A DNA stretch of 37,930 nucleotides, taken from assembly GCA_032718475.1 (NCBI GenBank), contig JAUCBJ010005787.1, positions 1 to 37,930 of the forward strand. Reading direction: 5' to 3'. The position numbers were made by a program, and so were the translations under genes. Positions 8,786 through 21,219 of this stretch are shown one piece after another (the first letter of the stretch is position 1; each line of letters opens with the position of its first letter). The DNA comes from Nemertoderma westbladi. Lineage: Eukaryota > Animalia > Xenacoelomorpha. Under the pieces are notes generated by a model. That model saw nothing but the letters and a program-made list of their open reading frames with translations. It did not search any database and had not been told where the DNA came from.

Positions 8786-11645
8786 AGTCCAAATAATGTT
8801 TGCCTTCCGGCAAAATTATCTCGCAAAAGTTCGAGATATAATTATAATTTAACCGAAATACGGTCAAATTATTTGTCTAATAATCAGTTGGTCCAAAATG
8901 TCAAAATAAATTCGCAATGCAATATTGTGAATTTAATGGGGTATATAGTTATAGCAAATACTAGCACAATATTTAAACAAAAATATTATTATATAGCTAC
9001 TATATAGTATTAAATACCGGTATAGCACAAAATAACTCTGAATCTAATACAAAATATTCAAAATATACTTGCCGCCCGAATATTTCTAATTTTATATATA
9101 GCTCTAATCAACGTAATTTTAATTTCAAATATTATATGTATCCACTAGCGCGTGGCTACATCTTCGGGTTGCGACTCTCTCTAACTCTCTCTCTAACTTG
9201 AGCGATTCAAAAAACCATGGCCGGCTAAACCTAAATATCCTAACTAATAAATTGAGTTCAGCTTCGCAGTTAAACAACCGATAATTTTTTACTGCTTCCA
9301 CAAACACACTGGTGTCAACAGAACAACTAACCTTGTTTGCTGTGAGATTCCACGTCCGCGTCCAAAGATTCAGGCCCTTCGCTGATTGCAAACCGAACCC
9401 GCAGACCCACACGAACCCCAAACTCAGAAGTTCCGTCTTGCCATGTATCTCCAGATTGTATAAAATAACTAAGCGGTTACCTAACATACCGGTACAAAAC
9501 TCTAGAATTTTACAAAATAATTTTGACCGAAACTGAATTCTCGCAAACCTAGCTAAAATTTTCAAAAAACTTACTAATTACAGTTTGCCCTAAGGCCTAA
9601 GGAACTGCTGTATTCGCAATTAGCAAAAAACGCACTACCGTACATCCACTGTATGCAGCACAGTAAGTAAAACAGTACACCAACCTAACAGCCTAATTGA
9701 TACTGTGTGTGGTACGGCAAAACAAATGTCCCTTCTACCGTACGCAGTAACAGCAATCAGCCTAATGTACTACTGTACTATTGTACGCAGCCAGTGAATA
9801 CAGTAATCTAAACTAACAGCCTAAAAGAATATACTCAATGTCTTACTGTACGCTAGCCTATAGCCTACAGCAGACGATCACGTGCTCCAATTTATTACTC
9901 AATACTGTGATACTACTATCAGCCTAAGAATACACACTGCCTTACTGTACGCGGTACAGCAAAGCAATATACACGTATCACTGATAAACAACCGCGACCT
10001 CTATACTAACAGCAGAACTGTTGAACAGATCAATACCCGTTAATATCCTTCTGCCAACCTAATAAGTTCTCGTCTAACCAATAAGACACAAAGACTGCTC
10101 TACTGTTAAGTAAAGGGGATCAGGAGCGTGATATTACTAAATTGTAAGGGTTGCTAAATACAAAACCGCTACTTACCGTTAGATGGCGCTAATCTGCCGT
10201 CCGCTAATATATTTACTAATTTTACACAACTCCTGCAAAATCGCTTGTTCCTTTCTCTACCGATTGCTCGACAGAGAGCTAACTGTTCGAATCTATGAGC
10301 CACGCGGGAATAACCAAAACAATAAACCCGAGTCGGCTCCCTAAGCTTACTTAAGACGAGTGCGAGAGGCCTTGCACTCAGAGTATTCTTACGCCTAATT
10401 CTATCACTATTAAAGCACGCTATTACCTACGTCTTTTCTAATCGCGAATACTGGGGGTTCTCTAACGTAATGTGTGAATGCGAGAATATTTAAATATCAA
10501 AATGGTACAGTATTTGTCTCTCGTGGATAGTACCGCTCTGGGTCTAAAATTGCCTGCAGCTGGCTTTAGGCCAGCAAATTACTAGCGTTTCGTGTGTACC
10601 GAATAGTGCGATCTAGCTGATTGCCCGCTAATGCAAATAACCGCTCAGCGTGAATAGTTTACAGTACTCTAATTATTACCTTAGCTACTCTCCGCTATGC
10701 TGCGTACTAATTCTTAATTTTTACTAATCAATTACAGTCACAAATATTTAACAGCGTACTAATTACTAAGAGTTCCAGAATACGTAATTCTAATTTATCA
10801 CGCAACAGGTTTCGCTAGTAATAGCCTAAATTGCCGTATTACTTTGACCTAATCAGTAACTAATTGTTGTAACTAAGAAATAGAAATCAATCAAAGAGAA
10901 AAGAGCGCCTACCTAAACATTCACAATCATAGGCACACTTCAGTAACACACCAATCAGCGTCAGCAATCACAGTTCGCAATTATGCAGTTAACTACTGTA
11001 TAGCCCACAATTATGCGACTCACTATTCGTACTCCACACTCAACGTTGTGATACGTGCAGGCCTCTCCCGGGTACATATAGGACTCCTAACTAACCTGAT
11101 TCCTGCCCCCCTAATACTAAATAGAGACGAAACCTGGATCATCAGCCCCCTAATTACTGTACCAGCGATTGGTCTGCATACCACAGCGTTAACTTCCCGA
11201 CCGCAACGGTGACCCCCCGCCAGCGTTGCTCGCCTTTGAATCCTCCGCTCTCCCTTCGTCGCTAACCCCCCGATGTGCCCACCGCCCACTGGCGCCTTAG
11301 CCCTCCATTACGCTAATAGCTACCGTAGCGGCGCATGCAAATCACAAAGTCTGACAGTCTCAGAAATCCCTTAGGATTATTGCGCAGAAAAGAATCACAT
11401 AGAATCATTAATCAAAAGGTAGAAATCATAGTTCAGTTGTAATTAGCAGTAATCGAAGGAATTAATTGAGAAACACAAGCAAGAGTAATCGCACTAGCAA
11501 ATCATTTCAAGAAACTAATCAAAATTAGCAAATTGCAGAAAATACACTAAAATATCCGTCAAAAAATGAATAGAGACAGCTCAGCAAGTACAACAGCAGT
11601 GAGGTATAGAACAGTACACAGTAAGGCTCTACCGGCACACCGCCA

Positions 11646-11966
11646 ATTTATAGGTGATCCGGATGGGGTGATGCAATAGGGTGACTCAATCGCTCTCCTA
11701 TTGGCTCTCCAGTCCGTGCTAGCATTAGACCAACCTGGAAGCAGTTAGTCCAATAAGGAGGCCGGATTGTAGCCCTATGCCCTCAAATTATTACCATATA
11801 TGGTAATGGATCACGTCTCTGGCTGCTGAATGGCCAGGACAGCGTCCCTATATGCTAGCCCTATCAAACTAATATCAGCAAGCACGAAATCCAGGGTCCG
11901 AATAAACTTGCTACCCTGGAACTATCTACATATATCCTAATACAAAATTACGTAGGTAGGGCTACA
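11646..11966 (-). promoter_or_regulatory. Putative U3 promoter of the 5' LTR
   Basis: Minus-strand CTATAAAT (11646-11653), TGACTCA AP-1-like site (11682-11688), CCAAT boxes (11700-11704, 11750-11754), terminal TGT at 11966. Confidence 0.55.
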
Positions 11967-12059
11967 TACTATAGAAAATGGATGGATTCAAATATATGGG
12001 TGTTTCGATTTCCCTATCTAAATATCATTGCGTTATTATGCCTTATCTAAAATATCACG

Positions 12060-12155
12060 CTGCACAATGGACTAATATTACGTACAGTATAACGGACTAA
12101 TATTGCATACTGCATAACGACTAATAATACATACTGCATAATGACTAATATTATG
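12060..12155. repeat. Degenerate ~25-bp tandem repeat x4
   Basis: tgcataa(c/t)gactaatatt.cata unit. Confidence 0.7.
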
Positions 12156-12389
12156 GATACAGCGCCATATACCGTAACAGAAGTTCTGAATCATACATAA
12201 GCGTGTCGCATTTTGGAGTTTGTTGTGGGGGTATGATGTCATTCGTAATACCCAACTCCTTACGTCACTTTATGCCATCATACTTAAGTCCCTGCACCCA
12301 GAAAATATCCTCAGCGCTGCATTGGATACATATGGTCTAACATACAGAAGCCTGACTATCTATCTAATCTAACTAATTCAGTCTGAGTA

Positions 12390-12885
12390 AAGATCCCGAA
12401 TAAAGATTTTACCTAGTATAGGATTACAGGCAACGCCATAGTGCTCCACACTGTGAATTCTGTATTAACTGTATTTAACATAATACCACCTGGTAGACCA
12501 GCCGTTCTTAAAAGCCTTGAGATAATCCCAAGAAACTATATGCTACATGATTCCTGTAGTAAGCAACCCTCTGATTCAATGAACAGAGGCCTATAACTGG
12601 GTGAAGGCATAAAGAAGATCCTTTTGGATTTAGTGTGATCAATTTTCAGATTGAATCGTTTCAAATCTTCAACTAAGTTAGATAGCATAAGTTCAATCGA
12701 TTCATTGTTAGGTCCCAATAGCAATACGTCATCTACATAACATATCATTCCAGTCCAAATACCATCTATAAGGGTTCCTACTCGAATACTTTCCACTGAT
12801 GAGATTGAATTTTCTTAAAGTACATGTTGAAAAAACAGGGAGATTAGTAGGGACCCTTGTCTCAGGCCTATTGTCGTATTAATTC
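12390..12885 (-). pseudogene. Decayed non-LTR (LINE) reverse transcriptase fragment
   Basis: GLRQGSLLISLFF, CYVDDVLLL, LKIDHTKSK, LPVILY motifs interrupted by stops and frameshifts. Confidence 0.8.
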
Positions 12886-13089
12886 TACACACGGTCAACA
12901 TATCGCCAAACATGAAATAACTAGCCAAATTAAATAATATTTGAGTAAAGTCAAACAAACAAATGGACATTTGGTTTCAGACAGCTTCTCAAACAAAAAC
13001 AATCACATAGCAATTCCAAAATATACAAAAAAAGTTAATCAAGTCGGCGGCGGTGTCTAACTAATTGACTTACTGTAACCATGTCACAC

Positions 13090-13180
13090 ACTGTACCCAT
13101 CCAAGGATGGGATGTGGTTGTGATATATCTACCTACTGTACCCATCCAAGGATGGGATGTGGTTGTGATATATCTATCTA
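13090..13180. repeat. 45-bp tandem duplication containing the hairpin CCCATCC-AA-GGATGGG
   Basis: Two near-identical copies starting at 13090 and 13135. Confidence 0.9.
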
Positions 13181-14117
13181 CCTACCGTACCACTTACCCA
13201 AATCTCATCTGATTGCTTCTCGCTATCCCATAAACAATGTGAGTTCAGTTCACAGGCAAAAGTCGATATGGATCTTTAATGGATCAACTATCGACTCAAT
13301 CCGGTATATTGTTTGATTCATTGAAAAGATTTTCTGCTTTGTTCCACAATATACAATATCATGCCTGACTTATTCCGCGCTAGCTGCACCCATAGCTTAC
13401 TGTTTCGAGAATTTTCCCAATCGCTAACATTCTGTTTCCAACTCGTTTCACATAGGTGTGCTTAGGTTTGGATCAACAACAAACGTCGTGTGCCATAATA
13501 TCCCTTTAATTAGCTTCCTTAATTTTCATAATGAATTGAATAGTAAAGAGGAAAACAAATTCCCATTGGGGGTTAGGAGGTAGCAACTTGTGGAAACGCA
13601 CATAAATTACATCCACAATCGACTAGAACCGCAATCATTCGCTATCATTTTAATCACAATTTTCCAGGTACTGTATATTACCAACGTTCGTCTTTCCAAT
13701 CGGCACTGCCTGTGTACCGTACTGGAAGCATAAATAAATCAGAAGGTGGATGCCTTTATTTTACCTTGGGATAATTAGAACTGTAGTACTTTAAGCAGGA
13801 GAGAGTCGTGTTTCCGCGGCATATCTGTATTAATGAAAATTTTTTTGTGTACAATTCTCCAATAATAATATATTATATTATGATTTGGTAGTATTTATAT
13901 ATTCTTGGTAGATCTCGAGAGATATAGATTTGGTCATTACTAATCAACTATTTTATTTTTCTGCATTATATAAATTGAGAAATATTCCAATTTTATTTCA
14001 TAATTTATTGTAGTAATATTTTATAATATCAATGTAGTAATTTTATTTAAATTATTTAATTTAAATCATTTAATATATTTAATTAAATTATTTAATTAAT
14101 GATTACTTCTTATAACT

Positions 14118-15050
14118 ACGACTATGGGGTGGAGCCTACACCATGCGATTTCGCATGGTGTAGGTTGAGACCAAAGGGACTGTCCTCATCTATGATCGAG
14201 AGTGCTTTGATTAGGTCTAGTGGTGGAACCCAGATGGTCCCATCATCCAAGTACCAGCTTGAGCACTTTAGGTTGGGAGCTTCGTCCGAATTGCGGATTA
14301 CAAGTGGGTGAAGTGTAGCTGAAACTCCCAGTGGGCAGAAGAGGATCTCCTGCTGAACTCCACAGCATCTGAGAAGCAACTTATCAACTAAAGAATAGCT
14401 TAAACTCCATAGTGTGTTTCCATCATACGAATATGGAAGGGAAATGTTGATGGTAATCCACAACCTGGTGAACACCTGCACCAATGCTCTTGGGAGTCAG
14501 CCTCCTCAGAGTTTCACCAACTGTATTAGACATCAGTCTACAAGTGAAAATGGAAGCACAACATATAGGTAGGGCCTGCTGCATTATCTTGGGTGGGGCC
14601 TACCCTTCCGTAGCTGGGTGCAGATGTGGCCTCTGGCTGACAGGGAATGGTTGGAGTTGGCAGGGGAGGAGGTTGAGGTTGAGGTTGAAGCATTCTTGAA
14701 TGTGGTTAGATCTGAGCTGTTGTGGTACTGAACCAGGAGACTGGTTGGATCTGAGCTGTTGTGGTACTGAACCAGGTGACTGGTTGGATCTGAGCTGTTG
14801 TGGTACTGAACCAGGTGAGAATGACTTGATGGCCTTAGATACTGTCTCTGTAGAAACAGAAGGTGCATGGCCCATGTGCAATATGGATAGGGACGTGAGA
14901 GAGGCTGACATTACCTGACAGGTAGGGTATCAGTTGAAGAGTCTGCCAAGCAAGCACTCCTACATCAGAGCCATAAAGCCTTTCTTTGCTACGGTCTGTC
15001 AGACATTGCCTGGCGTGCCTACTTGGCATTTGAATCTCTCACTGCTTCTC
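14118..15050 (-). pseudogene. Decayed CRE-like (RLE-type) non-LTR retrotransposon RT fragment
   Basis: KAIKSFSPGS..LRS.H, VGETLRRL, GVQQ, WYLDDGTI, GLNLHHAKS motifs across shifted frames; internal 39-bp repeat x3 at about 14700-14817. Confidence 0.8.
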
Positions 15051-15489
15051 GGTACTACATACATATTGGGTCTTACACATAAGAGTTATTTTTTTCGTGA
15101 GTTTAGTATGCAATCATCATTCTATACATACAAACATACTGTAATAGTGTTGTTAACGATAACCATCCTACGGTCTCCGTAGTTATACATGATTCATTAG
15201 TTATACATGATTTATTTGCTAAAGGTTCAGTATTAAAAATATAGGTTGACAATAAATTTATTACCCACATTTGGACTTGTTTTAAGTGGTATTGTAACTA
15301 ACATAATTATATTAAAAAGTTATGGAAAATAAATTACAGCAGGCCGTGTGGAGTAAACATGTAAAGTAATTGAGAAATAATATTTCACTTCTGCGGTAAA
15401 TTTAAATAGGTCTAATAAAATTCAGCAAAACAGTCAAGAAAGAGCCAAAAAGGTTGAATGATGTACATTTTAAATTATCAATAAGTGGA

Positions 15490-15590
15490 GGGAGGGGTGG
15501 TAGGCCAAGTAATACATTTATTATTATCCATACATATAGGGAGGGGTGGTAGGCCAAGTAATACATTTATTATTATCCATACATATAGGA
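15490..15590. repeat. 49-bp tandem duplication
   Basis: ggaggggtggtaggccaagtaatacatttattattatccatacatatag x2. Confidence 0.9.
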
Positions 15591-16110
15591 CTTTCAGACT
15601 GAAAACAGCTTCACTATCTGAAATATGTTGATCTAATTTTATTACATCATATTTTATTACACATTGTATCTCGGAAAAACGAGAGCAATACGTAATATCT
15701 ACAGTAGAATAACTTATTTTCCCAGTGGTTAGTTACAGTTCTTTTTCCTCATCACCATTCCCTTTCTGCAACCCCTTCTTGTGACTACACTCGTATTGTC
15801 GCCCTCTAACTTTGTCGCTTGATAATGCCTTCCTCGAGGCGAAACCTACCGGTCAGCTGTCTGCCGATAGCTGATCACAGATGCATGCTTCCTAGGTCCA
15901 GTTTTGGTCGTATTGCTGTTTTTACTGCTGTACTATTACTGGTTTTTAATGCATACCTACCGGTAAGGTTTTTTACTGAAAGTCGCTTGACTGACTATAA
16001 ATAAAAAATGTGTTAAATTAAATTAACGTTCAAGCTCAGCTCCATTATTAATTAATAGTAACTAACTTGTCATCTTTTTATTTCGTTTGTATTCTTTGAC
16101 GCCTCCGCGC

Positions 16111-16116
16111 AAAAAA
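16111..16116 (-). terminator. Pol III terminator (T6) of the tRNA-Lys gene
   Basis: aaaaaa on plus strand, 6 nt after the tRNA 3' end. Confidence 0.8.
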
Positions 16117-16122
16117 CAATAC

Positions 16123-16195
16123 CGCCCAACGTGGGGGTCGAACCCACAACCTTAGGATTAAGAGTCCTACGCTCTACCGATTGAGCTAGCCAGGC
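16123..16195 (-). tRNA. trnK-CUU: tRNA-Lys(CTT)
   Basis: GCCTGGCTAGCTCAATCGGTAGAGCGTAGGACTCTTAATCCTAAGGTTGTGGGTTCGACCCCCACGTTGGGCG: 73 nt cloverleaf with A and B boxes and CTT anticodon. Confidence 0.93.
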
Positions 16196-16331
16196 CAATG
16201 GTGATTGGGGATTCTAATGCTTAGCTCAGCCAATCATTATTCACGCTTTTGGTGGGAAGGCTTAAAATCATGGGATGGGAAAACTGATATTGCACCAGAT
16301 TGATTTATAATTAAGAAGGGTTGTGGTGTAT

Positions 16332-19105
16332 GGAACGCTGTCGACGCCAAAGTTTACCACTACTCACCTAAGTAGGTATAAATATAGTAAGACAAAGTTG
16401 CTCAGTTGCTTGATTAGTGAGACACAAATTTTGTCTCACTAAGTTTGTACCACACACTACCCTACCACTCACTCTCACTAAGTTTGTACCTACCACTCAC
16501 TCTTACTACGTTTGTACCTACCACTCACTCTTACTAAGGTTGTACCTACCACTCACTCTTACTACGTTTGTACCTACCACTCACTCTTACTAAGGTTGTA
16601 CCTACCACTCACTCTTACTACGTTTGTACCTACCACTCACTCTTACTAAGGTTGTACCTACCACTCACTCTTACTACGTTTGTACCTACCACTCACTCTT
16701 ACTAAGGTTGTACTACCACTCACTCTTACTACGTTTGTACCTACCACTCACTCTTACTAAGGTTGTACCTACCACTCACTCTTACTACGTTTGTACCTAC
16801 CACTCACTCTTACTAAGGTTGTACCTACCACTCACTCTTACTAAGGTTGTACCTACCACTCACTCTTACTACGTTTGTACCTACCACTCACTCTTACTAA
16901 GGTTGTACCTACCACTCACTCTTACTAAGGTTGTACCTACCACTCACTCTCACTAAGGTTTACCTACCACTCACTCTCACTAAGTTTGTACCTACCACTC
17001 ACTCTCACTACGTTTGTACCTACCACTCACTCTTACTACGTTTGTACCTACCACTCACTTTTACTAAGGTTGTACCTACCACTCACTCTCACTAAGTTTG
17101 TACCTACCACTCACTCTCACTAAGTTTGTACCTACCACTCACTCTTACTACGTTTGTACCTGCCACTCACTCTTACTAAGGTTGTACCTACCACTCACTC
17201 TCACTAAGGTTGTACCTACCACTCACCCTCACTAAGGTTGTACCTACCACTCACTCTCACTAAGTTTGTACCTACCACTCACTCTTACTACGTTTGTACC
17301 TACCACTCACTCTTACTAAGGTTGTACCTACCACTCACTCTCACTAAGGTTGTACCTACCACTCACTCTCACTAAGGTTGTACCTACCACTCACTCTTAC
17401 TAAGGTTGTACCTACCACTCACTCTCACTAAGGTTGTACCTACCACTCACTCTCACTAAGGTTGTACCTACCACTCACTCTCACTAAGGTTGTACCTACC
17501 ACTCACTCTCACTAAGGTTGTACCTACCACTCACTCTCACTAAAGTTGTACCTACCACTCACTCTCACTAAGGTTGTACCTACCACTCACTCTCACTAAG
17601 TTTGTACCTACCACTCACTCTTACTAAGGTTGTACCTACCACTCACTCTTACTATGTTTGTACCTACCACTCACTCTTACTAAGGTTGTACCTACCACTC
17701 ACTCTTACTAAGGTTGTACCTACCACTCACTCTTACTACGTTTGTACCTACCACTCACTCTTACTAAGGTTGTACCTACCACTCACTCTTACTACGTTTG
17801 TACCTACCACTCACTCTTACTAAGGTTGTACCTACCACTCACTCTTACTACGTTTGTACCTACCACTCACTCTTACTAAGGTTGTACCTACCACTCACTC
17901 TCACTAAGTTTGTACCTGCCACTCACTCTCACTAAGTTTGTACCTACCACTCACTCTTACTAAGGTTGTACCTACCACTCACTCTAACTCAGGTTGTACC
18001 TACCACTCACTCTCACTAAGGTTGTACCTACCACTCACTCTCACTCAGGTTTTACCTACCACTCACCCTCACTAAGGTTGTACCTACCACTCACTCTCAC
18101 TAAGTTTGTACCTACCACTCACTCTTACTACGTTTGTACCTACCACTCACTCTTACTAAGGTTGTACCTACCACTCACTCTCACTAAGGTTGTACCTACC
18201 ACTCACTCTCACTAAGGTTGTACCTACCACTCACTCTCACTAAGGTTGTACCTACCACTCACTCTCACTAAGGTTGTACCTACCACTCACTCTCACTAAG
18301 GTTGTACCTACCACTCACTCTCACTAAAGTTGTACCTACCACTCACTCTCACTAAGGTTGTACCTACCACTCACTCTCACTAAGTTTGTACCAACCACTC
18401 ACTCTTACTACGTTTGTACCTACCACTCACTCTTACTAAGGTTGTACCTACCACTCACTCTCACTAAAGTTGTACCTACCACTCACTCTCACTAAGTTTG
18501 TACCAACCACTCACTCTTACTACGTTTGTACCTACCACTCACTCTTACTAAGGTTGTACCTCCACTCACTCTTACTACGTTTGTACCTACCACTCACTCT
18601 TACTACGTTTGTACCTACCACTCACTCTCACTAAGTTTGTACCTGCCACTCACTCTCACTAAGTTTGTACCTACCACTCACTCTTACTACGTTTGTACCT
18701 ACCACTCACTCTTACTAAGGTTGTACCTACCACTCACTCTCACTAAGTTTGTACCTGCCACTCACTCTCACTAAGTTTGTACCTACCACTCACTCTTACT
18801 AAGGTTGTACCTACCACTCACTCTCACTCAGGTTGTACCTGCCACTCACTCTCACTAAGTTTGTACCTACCACTCACTCTTACTAAGTTTGTACCTGCCA
18901 CTCACTCTCACTAAGTTTGTACCTACCACTCACTCTTACTAAGGTTGTACCTACCACTCACTCTCACTCAGGTTGTACCTACCACTCACTCTCACTCAGG
19001 TTGTACCTACCACTCACCCTCACTAAGGTTGTACCTACACCACTAGGCCCTACTTACCACTTACTGTAGGTGAGTGTTGATATACTTTGGCGTCACAGGC
19101 GTTCC
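16332..19105. mobile_element. Non-autonomous TIR element enclosing the 28-bp satellite
   Basis: Left GGAACGCTGTCGACGCCAAAGTTTACCACTACTCACCTA vs reverse complement of right end GGAACGCCTGTGACGCCAAAGTATATCAACACTCACCTA; TA one base outside each end. Confidence 0.8.
16433..19040. repeat. 28-bp satellite, ~90 copies
   Basis: (t/g)ttgtacctaccactcactct(t/c)acta(a/c)g. Confidence 0.98.
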
Positions 19106-20557
19106 TTAGTAGTGCATTCAGCCATGACTTGTACAAAGTAGCACCTCGGTTGATATTGTTAAGGTTTTGAGAACTGATGATATTATAATTTCCCCATAAA
19201 ATTGTTCCCCTTTCGAATGAAATAACATATAGTTACCCTCACAGGTAAACAAGCCATTTAGGAATAAATTTTTGAAAAAATTTCAGATATTTTTAAAAAT
19301 TAAAAATATTTTCGATTTTAAAAAGTCGTCTTGTTTCACAAGATAGGGCCAAAAGTGTGTAAATTTGAAAGTTTGTAAATTTTTTTGAAAAAAAAAATCA
19401 AAAATCAAAAATTTCAAAAAAAATATTTTTTTTTCAAGAAATTGTCAGAATTAAAAAAATGATTTTTTTCAAATTGTTGTACATGTCGAGCTGAATGCGA
19501 AAAACACACTTTTGTGTCGTTCGAAGGAATAATAAAAGATTAGCATAAGATAAACTTCATATTGCTACGAAAAAATATCATATTTCAAAATTTGATAAGC
19601 TGCGCTTTTTTTCCCTCAAGAGCCTTCGTCAATTTGTTTTATGAAATTTTATGAAATAGTTTAACTTTTAATCATCGTATTTTCTCGCTCCACAATTAAT
19701 CATGAGCACCACAACTTACTTTAAATCCGGGTACCTCAGTTTAATTTTCATGATAATAATTCTCTACTATTTTAATTTTACAGGATCTTTATTGCTCCTG
19801 TTATTGTTTTTGTTCAATTTTTTTTGCTTGTAGACAGAGCAAATTTTAATCCACCAATTACTTGGTTTTTATTCAAACCACCCATTATTCAATCCTTGTG
19901 TATTGATAAACTTCTAATAACCGTAATTTTTTTTTCTCTGTGACACTATGTGCTCCACGAGGTCTCACAAGTTGCCAGTGGTATTTTACTAGACTCATTA
20001 CTTTTACTTGTTGTGCACGGCCCGTTTTATTTCTGTGCTTATACTGTGTTATAGTGCAGTGTGATCTTAGTAATTTTGATTATAATGAATGAAATGCCAG
20101 CCAGTCTGGCGTAACCAGTTTAAAAAGATCCACTACAATGGCACTTCTAACCAGTAAATTATAAAGATGCCCTTTTGTGCCCCTTTTGAGAATTTGGCTT
20201 TTAAAAATGTTCATTAATTCACAAAAATGTCCTTTATCGCCAATTAGGGTGTTATTGCTGCTACTTGTAATTCATTACTGTGTACTGCCTGATTTCCCCA
20301 GCAGCCTTCCTTAGATGCCTCTATTACCTGAGTGTACGTACATATGATAAGCAACACAAGCAAGTAGTAACTAATTTTATTCTGATTGGCTGGCCTATTA
20401 TTTCGTGTAAAGTAAAAGTAAAAAGGTAAGTAAGGGTAATCCTGTCTTAATAAAAGGCTAAGACATTGGCGTTGTAAGTAGTAAGAATACTAAAACATTG
20501 CCTTACTATTGTAGAAGAATAATTCTATCAAGGAATAACAATTTAATAAATTAAATG

Positions 20558-20974
20558 CGCTCGCTGACTGTAGCTGCTCGCTGACTGTAGCCGCTCGCTG
20601 ACTGTAGCCGCTCGCTGACTGTAGCCGCTCGCTGACTGTAGCCGCTCGCTGACTGTAGCCGCTCGCTGACTGTAGCCGCTCGCTGACTGTAGCCGCTCGC
20701 TGACTGTAGCCGCTCGCTGACTGTAGCCGCTCGCTGACTGTAGCCGCTCGCTGACTGTAGCCGCTCGCTGACTGTAGCCGCTCGCTGACTGTAGCCGCTC
20801 GCTGACTGTAGCCGCTCGCTGACTGTAGCCGCTCGCTGACTGTAGCCGCTCGCTGACTGTAGCCGCTCGCTGACTGTAGCCGCTCGCTGACTGTAGCCGC
20901 TCGCTGACTGTAGCCGCTCGCTGACTGTAGCCGCTCGCTGACTGTAGCCGCTCGCTGACTGTAGCCGCTCGCTG
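20558..20974. repeat. 17-bp minisatellite, ~24.5 almost identical copies
   Basis: cgctcgctgactgtagc; a single variant base near the left end. Confidence 0.98.
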
Positions 20975-21219
20975 GTTGTATTAATAAATACAATCAGCAT
21001 CCATACCTTATTTTTCTAGTTTATTAAAAGGCATAATAGAGTGAAAATACCTACAATGAATACATATAATGATGAACAGGAGGGATCTACACCTGTTTAT
21101 TTAAAGTCAAAACTGGAGGGGGCATTAGAACCTCTATTTCAATACACTAAAGAAAATATTTTAAAAAAATGAAAATAAAGAAGATATTTTTATCATGCTT
21201 TAGTAGCAATTTTGATATT

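Larger units (their letters stand above)
1..11966 (-). mobile_element. BEL/Pao-type LTR retrotransposon, frameshifted copy, probably running off the left edge of the window
   Basis: Domain order Gag-PR-RT-RH-IN with the BEL-type triple Cys-His knuckle. Right boundary inferred from TGTAGCCC (minus strand) at 11966 and promoter-like motifs at 11646-11754. No second LTR copy was recognised in the window, so the boundary is not confirmed. Confidence 0.9.

Noticed and set aside
9125-9565. 146-aa ORF in the retroelement leader as an accessory or env gene
   Set aside because: TTG start and no recognisable motif; not supportable without conservation data.
11124-11150. CTGATGA (minus) next to GAAAC (plus) as a hammerhead
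   Set aside because: The two core motifs are on opposite strands.
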